A stretch of DNA of 59,676 bases from the NCBI GenBank assembly GCA_030765505.1, contig JAVCCL010000008.1, positions 1 through 59,676 of the forward strand, written 5' to 3'. Positions 40,231 to 48,435 of this stretch are shown here, one piece after another (position 1 is the stretch's first letter; each line of letters starts with the position of its first letter). Both the position numbers and the translations under genes were made by a program. Origin of the DNA: Candidatus Kaelpia imicola (GTDB lineage Bacteria > Omnitrophota > Gorgyraeia > Kaelpiales > Kaelpiaceae). The notes beneath the pieces were generated by a model. It saw nothing but the letters and a program-made list of their open reading frames with translations, was not told the DNA's origin and did no database searches.

Positions 40231-41545
40231 CTATCTCTCCAATTAAACTATTATCAACTATTTCGGCTATTTTAACATCTTTTATACTTCCAACCAAACC
40301 CTTTCCTTTTACTTTAATAGAATGGTTTTCAGAAGACTTGCCTATAGTATAGCCTCTTTTATCATCAGCCTCAAAAAGAACTTCACAAAATCTGCCTACT
40401 AAACCTCTTTTCTTTTTTAAAGCTATCTCTCCCTGGACCTGAAGCAAAATATTATTCCTATCTCTCTTATCCTGATCCGAAACAGTATCGACAAAACCAG
40501 AGGCCTTGGTTTCAGGCCGCGAAGAATACTTAAATATGAATGCAAAATCAAAGCCTATTCTCTTTAAAGCAGAGAGTGTCTTCTTGAAGTCTCTTCTCTC
40601 TTCACCCGGAAAACCAACAATGATATCCGTCGTAATTGCTCCTTGAGGATTAAATTTTCTATAGCATTTAACCAGATTGAGATAGTCGGAAAGAGTATAA
40701 TTTCTATTCATAAGTTTTAAAATCTTATCGCTTCCAGATTGAAGAGGAAGATGTAAATGATTACATACGCTTTTTAAATCTCTCATCGCCTTGAAAAGAT
40801 CGAAACCTGCATCTTTTGGATGCGAAGTCATAAAGCAGACTCTCTCGATTCCAGTCTTATCTATTTTCTCTAATAACCTTACAAAACCGCCATTCTTATA
40901 GGAGTTGACATTCTGCCCCAAAAGAGTTATCTCTTTATAACCTCTATCTTTTAAAGAACTGACTTCATTTACTATCTCCTCTGCAGGTATAGAGCGCTCT
41001 CTACCCCTTGTGTGGGGCACAATACAGTAACTACAGAAATTATCACAACCCTCCATAATAGAGACAAAAGCACTTAGAGATCTTTTCCTGTAGTCTCTCT
41101 CCTTGTAAAAGCACTTTAAGCCAACCTGCTTACCTACTGCTTTAATTCTCTCACCCTTTAAAACCCTATCTATATTTTCAATCAACTCATCCTCCTGAGA
41201 AGGCCCGAAGACCCCGTCAAGATGGCTATATCTCTTGAGAAGCTCTTCGCCGCAAACCTCTGCAGTACATCCGGTCAGAACAATCTTAAAATCCTTCTCT
41301 TTTTTAAGTTTTCTTAAGCTTCCTAAAAAAGATATCGCACGGTGCTCAGCATGATAGCGTACAGAGCAGGTATTTATGACAATAAGATTAGCATCCTCTG
41401 CTCTCTCTGTTAAAGACCATCCAGATGCAATAAGCTGGCCTAGCATCCATTCGGAATCCCGCTCATTCATCTGGCAGCCGAAAGTCCGCAAGTAGAGACG
41501 CTTTCCGGAATTATCGCAACCCTTTTGTTTTCCGTTAGTTGGCAC
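40223..41545 (-). CDS. miaB: tRNA-2-methylthio-N6-dimethylallyladenosine synthase
   Basis: 440 aa with TFGCQMNERDSE, the radical-SAM motif CDNFCSYC and a TRAM domain. The GTG start at 41545-41543 is preceded by AAAGGAGAGG 7 nt upstream. The gene is apparently full length. Confidence 0.9.
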   Translation of the reverse strand: MPTNGKQKGCDNSGKRLYLRTFGCQMNERDSEWMLGQLIASGWSLTERAEDANLIVINTCSVRYHAEHRAISFLGSLRKLKKEKDFKIVLTGCTAEVCGEELLKRYSHLDGVFGPSQEDELIENIDRVLKGERIKAVGKQVGLKCFYKERDYRKRSLSAFVSIMEGCDNFCSYCIVPHTRGRERSIPAEEIVNEVSSLKDRGYKEITLLGQNVNSYKNGGFVRLLEKIDKTGIERVCFMTSHPKDAGFDLFKAMRDLKSVCNHLHLPLQSGSDKILKLMNRNYTLSDYLNLVKCYRKFNPQGAITTDIIVGFPGEERRDFKKTLSALKRIGFDFAFIFKYSSRPETKASGFVDTVSDQDKRDRNNILLQVQGEIALKKKRGLVGRFCEVLFEADDKRGYTIGKSSENHSIKVKGKGLVGSIKDVKIAEIVDNSLIGEIVE

Positions 41546-43104
41546 TTTATATCCTCTCCTTTGTATAGCCCTTTAAAAGGCTGATAAAGCTCGAATTTCT
41601 TTATTCTCCTGTTCTCAACTGTTATGGATTTAAAGACCAGTCTTAACAGGCCTTTCTTTCCTGCAATATCCAATCCTGACTTTATTGCATCAAAATGGTC
41701 TATTACTGTCTGTAACAGCTTTCTGTATTCTTTGGATTTTTCCCGTTCAATAAGGCTGAATTCCAGTTTCTTTATCTTTAATTTCAGCTCCTTTTCTTCT
41801 TCCCTGAGCGGAAGAATCTGATTTTTAAAAGCTTCCATAGCCAGCAGGTTTTCTGAAAAAACTTTTCCAAGCCGCTCCTGCTTTGATAAATTTATGCTGA
41901 GTTTTGCTTTTATATCAGCTATTTTCTCTTTAACGTCTTCATCACAGGAAGACTCACTATCATTAATAATACCTCTTAACCTTGCCTCGTCAATATCTTC
42001 TGCAAAAATAGTTTCTATAATGGCGCAGACTACATTTTCAATATCATCTGCCCTGACATAGCCATTACTGCATTCGGTGTAATGCACAGACCTGCCGCAA
42101 CATCTGTAATATCTTCTTTTTGTTTTTACTTTTCTGCCCTCTCTTGAAGCAACGCTTAAACAGCCCCGAAACTTATGACCGCATTCTGCACAGACAAGAA
42201 TTCCGCTAAGAGGATACTCTTTGCTTCCTTTTCTGGAAGCTATCCCTTTTCTGTTTTGTTCAAGCTTTTTCTGGACAGCGTCAAAATCTTCCTGACAAAT
42301 TATCGCTTCATGCTTGCCTTTTGATACTACTATTTTTGAAGCATCATTCTTCATATACCTGTTGCCTCTCAGCGTTTTCTTTGTTTTGTCATAATGATGC
42401 ACGTTCCACACAAGCTTACCAAGATAAATCTGATTTTTAAGAATGTTGCCTACAAGTTTTGTCTGGAATCTGCCACCGCTTCTTGTTTTATACCTCTTAT
42501 TATATAAATAACCTGCTATCTGCGGAGTGCTCTGGCCTGAAAGATACATAAGATACATCATTTTAACAATGTCAGCCTCTTCTGGCACGACTTCAAGAAG
42601 TTTCTTTTCCTTATTATAATGGTATCCATAAGGGGAGTATCTTGCACCCTGCCAGTTTCCACGCTCAACACCTTTTATCATTCCGGGAAAAACTCTCTCA
42701 ATAATCCTGTCTCTTTCAAACTGGGCTACTGTGCCTAACATACTAAGAGCCATCTTTCCGGCAGCGCTGACAGTATCAAACGACTCTGTAGCTGACTTAA
42801 ACCCTATGCCTTTATTATCAAGGTCTTCAACCAGATTAAGCATAAGGCGGTTATTTCTCGCAAACCTGTCAATCTTATAAACAAGCACCATATCAAACTT
42901 TTTAAGATTTACATCTCTTAGCAGTTTTTTTAAGGCAGGTCTTTCAAGAGTGTAGCCAGAATAGCCATCATCCACATAAACATTATAGACATCATAGCTC
43001 TCACGCTTGGCATAATTGACAAGAAACTCTCTCTGAACTTCAAGAGAAGTTCCTTCTCTTGCCTGATCTTCTGTTGAAACTCTTGTATAAACTGCTATTT
43101 TCAT
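41467..43104 (-). CDS. Large serine recombinase (integrase)
   Basis: The N-terminal resolvase domain reads MKIAVYTRVSTEDQ...DRFARN. A recombinase domain, a zinc ribbon (CAECGH...YYRCCG...C) and a long coiled coil follow. The track ORF starts at 43128, but MKIAVY at 43104 is the family-typical start. The 3' end overlaps miaB by 79 nt. Confidence 0.9.
   Translation of the reverse strand: MKIAVYTRVSTEDQAREGTSLEVQREFLVNYAKRESYDVYNVYVDDGYSGYTLERPALKKLLRDVNLKKFDMVLVYKIDRFARNNRLMLNLVEDLDNKGIGFKSATESFDTVSAAGKMALSMLGTVAQFERDRIIERVFPGMIKGVERGNWQGARYSPYGYHYNKEKKLLEVVPEEADIVKMMYLMYLSGQSTPQIAGYLYNKRYKTRSGGRFQTKLVGNILKNQIYLGKLVWNVHHYDKTKKTLRGNRYMKNDASKIVVSKGKHEAIICQEDFDAVQKKLEQNRKGIASRKGSKEYPLSGILVCAECGHKFRGCLSVASREGRKVKTKRRYYRCCGRSVHYTECSNGYVRADDIENVVCAIIETIFAEDIDEARLRGIINDSESSCDEDVKEKIADIKAKLSINLSKQERLGKVFSENLLAMEAFKNQILPLREEEKELKLKIKKLEFSLIEREKSKEYRKLLQTVIDHFDAIKSGLDIAGKKGLLRLVFKSITVENRRIKKFELYQPFKGLYKGEDIKCQLTENKRVAIIPESVSTCGLSAAR
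41541..41551. repeat. Left copy of 11-nt direct repeat GGCACTTTATA (candidate att core); contains the miaB GTG start
   Basis: It matches 59098-59108 exactly, and the flanks diverge on both sides. Confidence 0.4.
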
Positions 43105-43106
43105 AA

Positions 43107-43286
43107 TCACCTGAATGTATTGCGCCACTTTATTATTTTTTTAATATCAGAATCGGTAAAAACAGGGTAATTCCTGTAATCTCTTTTAGGCTCAACCCAG
43201 CCCTTTTTAATCCAGTAACGCACTGTCTGCTCATGGACACCGAGCTTTTGTGCGGCTTTGGGTACATTGTAGATTTGCTTATCCAT
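43107..43286 (-). CDS. MerR/excisionase-type HTH protein (candidate recombination directionality factor or regulator)
   Basis: A 59-aa ORF below the track cutoff reads MDKQIYNVPKAAQKLGVHEQTVRYWIKKGWVEPKRDYRNYPVFTDSDIKKIIKWRNTFR. Its stop lies 2 nt before the recombinase ATG. Confidence 0.6.
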   Translation of the reverse strand: MDKQIYNVPKAAQKLGVHEQTVRYWIKKGWVEPKRDYRNYPVFTDSDIKKIIKWRNTFR

Positions 43287-43308
43287 GATAAGCTATTATA
43301 GGGTTTTG

Positions 43309-43629
43309 TTAGGTTTTGTCAAGCTGTTTCTTCCCTTTCACTTTCCTCTCAAGAAGTTCATTAAGATACATCATGTCTGCTTGCAAAACAATTTCAAGAA
43401 CTGTCGAAAGCCTCAAAAATTCTTCACTATTTTCTTTTATAATAAAGGTGTTTTTCTTATTTGGCTTTCTTGCAATTCTCCATATCTTTTCTTTATCTAT
43501 CCCATAGATATCCTTACTCTCAGCCCACTCATCAAAAACAGACAGCAGATCCCTGTCGGAAAACTTGTTAAAGTAATCCTTAAATGCCTTTGCCTGTATT
43601 TTGTAGAATTCTTTTTTCTTCATTTTCAA
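43309..43629 (-). CDS. Hypothetical protein
   Basis: A 106-aa ORF co-directional with its neighbours. I recognise no motif. Confidence 0.5.
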   Translation of the reverse strand: MKMKKKEFYKIQAKAFKDYFNKFSDRDLLSVFDEWAESKDIYGIDKEKIWRIARKPNKKNTFIIKENSEEFLRLSTVLEIVLQADMMYLNELLERKVKGKKQLDKT

Positions 43630-43673
43630 TATTCGTATTAATCGTTTTGTAAATTAAAATTGCTTTTTCGCAC

Positions 43674-44258
43674 TCATGGCGCAACCCTTGTCCTTATAGT
43701 CTGTAACGCCTTCATGTGAAGCTTAATAATGTCTTCATATCCAGCCGCAACAAGCTGTTCAGCACTTTTAATTCTAGCTCCCTCTGGCATGCTACTATGA
43801 AACTTGGCTAAATATTGCTGCATCAATAAAACTTTGTCATCCCAAGACATCACGTCCACATGCTCAACTAAAATCCAAGAAATATATTTTTCTTCTTGTT
43901 CTTTTTTCATATGTTCATAAATTGCATCAAGAACTGCTTTCATTCCACCGCCAACACCGGTTGAAGCTACCATGTAAGCGCCTTCTAATCCGCCAATCTG
44001 AGAAAATGACCTCTCTATTATTCCCCTCACGTTACTTAAAGCCAGCCACTCTGGCATAAGAATATCTCCCCCGACAGTAATCTGAAACTGTTGCTGGTAA
44101 AACCGTGTAGCTTCTGCCATCATTTCATCAAAAGTAGAAGGTATGCGATTTTGCATATTATACTCGTCTCTTCCTATATCGTGATACATACTAACTTCTT
44201 TCGCGATATTTCTTTCATCCAATAATCGCAAAATCATATTTAAATTTGCTTTACCCAT
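43674..44258 (-). CDS. Hypothetical protein, last gene of the E2/JAB/E1/ATPase cassette
   Basis: 194 aa with a strong SD (GAGGGAGG) and a start 12 nt after the ATPase stop. It looks largely helical, and I recognise no motif. Confidence 0.55.
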   Translation of the reverse strand: MGKANLNMILRLLDERNIAKEVSMYHDIGRDEYNMQNRIPSTFDEMMAEATRFYQQQFQITVGGDILMPEWLALSNVRGIIERSFSQIGGLEGAYMVASTGVGGGMKAVLDAIYEHMKKEQEEKYISWILVEHVDVMSWDDKVLLMQQYLAKFHSSMPEGARIKSAEQLVAAGYEDIIKLHMKALQTIRTRVAP

Positions 44259-44270
44259 AATTGACCTCCC

Positions 44271-46685
44271 TCAAATTTCATCATACAAGTTTTCATTATC
44301 TGATGGTCTTTCTATTGCCCTTCGCACTGTTGCAATATTTTTCTTAAGCGACACGCAATATTTTTCTCTTGTTAAACTATCAATTTCTTCGCTAAAACCA
44401 TTGCCAGTTATCTTGTTTGGCTCAGGGGTGGATATGTTTATTATTTCATTTCCTTTTTTTACAAAAGCCTTCCCAACACCTTTTCTCATAAAATCATTGA
44501 TTTCAACCTCTCCAAAAAATTCTTTAAACAAATTCTGGCTATCATCCCAGTCCAAGTCTAACGCCACTACTGTCTGTACATTTCCAAATGCGGTTTTAAT
44601 TGATTCAGCCATCATCTCTTTTTGCTGAAAACCAAATATAAGCCTTAAGTTAAACTTCCTACACTCCCTCAAAGAGTCTTCAAATGCTTTCTTGTTGACC
44701 GAGAGACGCTGCGCTTCGTCAATATAAAGGTTAAACCCGACTCTTTGGGAAGGAACAATATCCTGCCTTGAAAGGGCTGCATGAAAAAAAGAGCAGTATA
44801 TAATCGAACCAAGGATGTTAGAACAGTTTGATCCAAGCAGACCTGCCGGAAAATAGGCAAGAAAGATTTTTTTATTGTCGATTATGTTTCTGAAATTTAG
44901 CCTATTATCTCGCTGGGAAAAAATCCTATATATTCTCTCCTGCAAAAGAAACTTTGAGAGCTTGCTAACTACCCTCTGTAATGTTGAATTAGGTATTTTT
45001 TCAAAATCATGCCAAAACATCTGTATTTCTTTATTCTCTATAATAGGAGCAACTGACTGTCTCAACTTGTACCCCTCTTTTGATTTAGATAAAAGACCCC
45101 TCACATCAGTTAATGTGAGATTTCCTTTTAATAAGGTGTATAGGACAGGCATAAGCGTTGCCTCAATCTGCGAACCCCAGTCTTTAGCAGAATACAGCCC
45201 CTTAATTGCATCCAGTAAATCATTGACTTTTTTGCCAGCATCTTCATTTTTACCCAATGAAAAGAAATTATGAGATATTATGAAATCCTTGTCGCATGGA
45301 TTGTAATAGCAAACGTCTCTAACCCTCTCTTTAGGAATTTGTTTTTTAATGCGTTCAATTGCATCTCCATGATAATCAATGTACCCTGCGCCTTCGCCAT
45401 TATTAATATCAGCCAAAAACATATTTTCCATAAGTATTGATTTTCCTGAGCCAGTAATGCCGCCAATAATTGTCCCTTTGTTTCTCAAATGAGTAGGTTG
45501 AAAAACAGGAACTTTTTTTCCTGCAAAGTCGTTATAGCCGAGTAAAACTCCATCTCTTGAGGTTTGTTCTATAGCCTTAAAACCAACAGCCTTATCAAGA
45601 GAAAAATCTTTTCTTTCCATAATTTCCTTAGAGCCGGAATTGCATAAAGCAGATAACTCTGTTGAGCTAAGCAACATTCCATTCCTGTAAATCAAAGAAG
45701 TTACTATCATTTCTATTATTTTTTTATTTTCCATCGTTCTTAAATAATCGGCTTTTGCCAAATAATTAAATTCTCTTTTCCCGTATTGAAAACCCGCGAT
45801 TGGAAGGCTCAGACTATCTAAAACTCCTCTTATATTTTCATTTCTGCAACAAGCTCCTATGCGGATGCTTACGCAAAACAAAGGACTGTCTAGTTTCTTT
45901 CTGGCCTCTTTATAGTAATCAGAGCCAAACCCTGCATGGCTGATTAAATTCTGCTGTAAACTACCGAATTGGCCTGCCTGCAATTCTGCCTCAGTAAGAT
46001 TAATTATGTTTTCCCGCCAATCATGCGTTACTCTTTTAAAAGTAACTTGGTAAAACCCAAACTCTTGTTTTAGCTCACTCAAGGCAGAATAAATCGGCAT
46101 TAAAGGAGAAATTTTTATCCCTTCATAACCAGATAAACTTTTCCAATATGGCGCTATGGGATAGAAATCCCGAATATCAAAGGTATGATTTATAGTGTTA
46201 GTTTGCTGAAGAATTTGTAAAAAATAATTTTCTTCATTAACGTCAATTTCAATATTGGAAAATTTAGATTTGATCGCGCTCTTCACAGGTTTTTCATCAG
46301 CTCTATTTATGCTTATTTGACAGCTTATCCTTTCCTTATTTCCAATCAGCAAAAATTCAATTGGATTTTTTATAATGCTTAATTCTCTCAATAATGTTTC
46401 AAATTCTATCCATTGAATTTCATCTTTTGGCGAAAACCACAACCGCAAGTAAGCTTTCTGGGAATTTTCTGTAAATCTTTCAGGCGTGATACAGACATTA
46501 GTAGTGCCTTCTCTTAAAAAGCTTTTAAGTTCGTAAGGCTGAAAAGGGGCTTCCAAGCATACGGGCTCTGGATAGATTGTTACATCCCTGCCTTTTAAGG
46601 ATTCAAGCTCAAAAGAAGAGCGCAACTCACCCTGCAAGGCGCTTATGACCATAGACTGTTCTATCGGGCCTAGATTTTCTCTCAT
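44271..46685 (-). CDS. HerA-FtsK/TraD(VirD4)-type P-loop ATPase with unknown ~400-aa N-terminal region
   Basis: 804 aa with Walker A GGITGSGKS (45438-45464), Walker B LYIDEAQRL and RKFNLRLIFGFQQ. No TM helices are seen. Confidence 0.8.
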   Translation of the reverse strand: MRENLGPIEQSMVISALQGELRSSFELESLKGRDVTIYPEPVCLEAPFQPYELKSFLREGTTNVCITPERFTENSQKAYLRLWFSPKDEIQWIEFETLLRELSIIKNPIEFLLIGNKERISCQISINRADEKPVKSAIKSKFSNIEIDVNEENYFLQILQQTNTINHTFDIRDFYPIAPYWKSLSGYEGIKISPLMPIYSALSELKQEFGFYQVTFKRVTHDWRENIINLTEAELQAGQFGSLQQNLISHAGFGSDYYKEARKKLDSPLFCVSIRIGACCRNENIRGVLDSLSLPIAGFQYGKREFNYLAKADYLRTMENKKIIEMIVTSLIYRNGMLLSSTELSALCNSGSKEIMERKDFSLDKAVGFKAIEQTSRDGVLLGYNDFAGKKVPVFQPTHLRNKGTIIGGITGSGKSILMENMFLADINNGEGAGYIDYHGDAIERIKKQIPKERVRDVCYYNPCDKDFIISHNFFSLGKNEDAGKKVNDLLDAIKGLYSAKDWGSQIEATLMPVLYTLLKGNLTLTDVRGLLSKSKEGYKLRQSVAPIIENKEIQMFWHDFEKIPNSTLQRVVSKLSKFLLQERIYRIFSQRDNRLNFRNIIDNKKIFLAYFPAGLLGSNCSNILGSIIYCSFFHAALSRQDIVPSQRVGFNLYIDEAQRLSVNKKAFEDSLRECRKFNLRLIFGFQQKEMMAESIKTAFGNVQTVVALDLDWDDSQNLFKEFFGEVEINDFMRKGVGKAFVKKGNEIINISTPEPNKITGNGFSEEIDSLTREKYCVSLKKNIATVRRAIERPSDNENLYDEI

Positions 46686-46688
46686 GGT

Positions 46689-47786
46689 TTATATCCTTCC
46701 GCATATTACGCAATCTGGATTTTTCTCAATTTTTGCCACTAACTTCTGCGCAAAATCTTCAAAAACCCACGTATCGGGTTTTGTTGAAAACCACAGGGCA
46801 TCACCCTTATTGTCAAACTGCTTAAAATACTGGCTTATATCTTCGCCTGCCAGAATTACCATAGCGAGTTTTGTTGCAATGTCGCTGATAATGTTTACAT
46901 CTATTGATAAGGCAGGGACACTTCGCTGTTCGTTCTCATCAACACCATATTGCTTGTTTGTAGAACGAAGATTGATTGGGCCACCCTCGTTACCACTATT
47001 CCCTTTAAAACACATATAGCAAGGGTCCTGTTTTTTGCCGGAAATATAGATGATTTGTCCAGATTCTGCTTTATCCGCCAATCCTATGTAAAGAGCCGGA
47101 ATGCCTTTATTATAGGAGAGCCAATTAACATCTCGCCTGCTGTCTTCTGTGTCAGTTGCTATAACCATAAGGGCTGGTTTCCATTCATCTGTGAATTTGT
47201 CGAAAAAAGTGATGTCTTTGCAAAAATCATAAGCAAAAGCTTTGACTTCTGCATTTGGAATATTACTCATAACTGCATCTTTAAAGGCTATTGTTTTTAA
47301 CCGGCCTGCCAATAACTCCGGCATTTGCTGAATACCCCACCTGTAAGGGTTAGCAATATCCAAATAATCAGGATCGGTTATGGCTATTTCAATACCATGC
47401 TTGGCTAATTCATACCCAACCCTTGAATTAACAGAACCGCAGGAAACAAGAAAAGCTTTTTTAGCTTTTACTTTTTGAGATAGTATCTCAGAACGGTTAC
47501 GGGCATTGTAGTCCTGCATATTAAAAACTTCTACTTGGCTGATCTCCTTTCCATCAATAAAACACTTTAATCCATTGCCATTAACAAGCAATTCAACTCC
47601 TTTATTTGTAACAGCTTCTTTATACCACCTGCCTACTTCATGCCAGAAATTGTGCTTTAGGGTAGTCTTAAAGCTAACTATTTGGATAAGATTTTCTTCC
47701 TGTATTTCCCTGCCAAACAGCAGACCTGTAATACAGTCACTCCCTTTTATTTCTTGTACTGCCTTTTCATCAATTACAATCTTCAT
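46689..47786 (-). CDS. ThiF/MoeB-type E1-like adenylyltransferase with N-terminal extension
   Basis: 365 aa with FLVSCGSVNSRVGYELAKHGIEIAITDPDYLDIANPYRW, VIATDTEDSRR and two Cys pairs (CYMC, CVIC). It has a GGAGGT SD and overlaps the JAB stop by 17 nt. Confidence 0.8.
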   Translation of the reverse strand: MKIVIDEKAVQEIKGSDCITGLLFGREIQEENLIQIVSFKTTLKHNFWHEVGRWYKEAVTNKGVELLVNGNGLKCFIDGKEISQVEVFNMQDYNARNRSEILSQKVKAKKAFLVSCGSVNSRVGYELAKHGIEIAITDPDYLDIANPYRWGIQQMPELLAGRLKTIAFKDAVMSNIPNAEVKAFAYDFCKDITFFDKFTDEWKPALMVIATDTEDSRRDVNWLSYNKGIPALYIGLADKAESGQIIYISGKKQDPCYMCFKGNSGNEGGPINLRSTNKQYGVDENEQRSVPALSIDVNIISDIATKLAMVILAGEDISQYFKQFDNKGDALWFSTKPDTWVFEDFAQKLVAKIEKNPDCVICGRI

Positions 47787-48399
47787 CTTCTTTACCTCCT
47801 GTTTTCTGTAGCATTAATTCCTCAATAGTTTCTTCCTTTAATACAGGCAAGTCAGCCTGATAAACATATTTTCTTCCAAGCAAAGCTCTGATGATGCTGT
47901 CTTTTCCATTAATTACAATTAATTCTGGCTTGGTAAAAGAGAAGTCATCCGTAGCTTTTCTATGTATAAAAAAAGGACAATACTCAAGAGTGCTTTCATT
48001 GAATGTAGCTATAATAATGCTGAGTTTTTCCAAATAGCTATGTATAGGGTCGAGCAAAATTTTCTTGCACGTATTCTCATCCAATGGCGACATAGCAGGC
48101 AAATAAGAAGGATGGAGATGATGATCGCCAAGATACTGTAGGGGGAATTTTGTATTAGGATATTTCTTGCATATAGCCTGAAACACCTCGCATTGATATG
48201 TATCATCAGTTGCAAGATAACTCGGGTTTTGAACAGCATTTGACCCTGTCCGCAAAGCGTATAGGATTATACCTACACCACCCCCCATTGAAAAACCAAT
48301 AAGCGAACCTCCGCATTCGATTTCTCTGCTTTTGTTTTTAATAGCTTCTTCTTTTATTACCTCTAAAGCTGTCTTTGTGATAAACATGATATTTTTCAT
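47770..48399 (-). CDS. JAB/MPN+ (JAMM) metallopeptidase
   Basis: 209 aa with the Glu in REIECGGSLIG and HLHPSYLPAMSPLD, which is HxHx7Sx2D (48079-48123). Confidence 0.85.
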   Translation of the reverse strand: MKNIMFITKTALEVIKEEAIKNKSREIECGGSLIGFSMGGGVGIILYALRTGSNAVQNPSYLATDDTYQCEVFQAICKKYPNTKFPLQYLGDHHLHPSYLPAMSPLDENTCKKILLDPIHSYLEKLSIIIATFNESTLEYCPFFIHRKATDDFSFTKPELIVINGKDSIIRALLGRKYVYQADLPVLKEETIEELMLQKTGGKEDEDCN

Positions 48400-48435
48400 G
48401 GCTACTCCTTTGCTTTATTTTCTAAAATTTACTCC

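Noticed and set aside
40223-41545. The possibility that miaB is truncated or disrupted by the insertion.
   Set aside because: The ORF is full length at 440 aa. It has the MTTase N-domain from residue about 17, the radical-SAM cluster and the TRAM domain, plus its own SD and GTG. The insertion is at or upstream of the start, not inside the gene.
41567-41582. The near-palindrome AGCCCTTTAAAAGGCT as the att core.
   Set aside because: It is only a 16-nt imperfect palindrome with no second copy in the window. It is noted as a possible recombinase or regulator binding site but not called.
43285-43641. Plus-strand ORFs 43285-43641 and 43316-43507.
   Set aside because: They are antisense to the 106-aa minus-strand ORF, which fits the co-directional operon. 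Neither has a motif, so the minus-strand call is only marginally preferred.
44669-47300. ORFs nested in or antisense to the ATPase and E1 genes: 44401-44628, 44669-44860, 44875-45273, 45278-45466, 46645-47019 and 46950-47300.
   Set aside because: They overlap long ORFs that carry clear Walker and ThiF motifs, and they have no signals of their own.
48009-48239. A 76-aa same-strand alternative-frame ORF inside the JAB gene.
   Set aside because: The JAB frame carries the complete JAMM motif, and the nested frame has no support.
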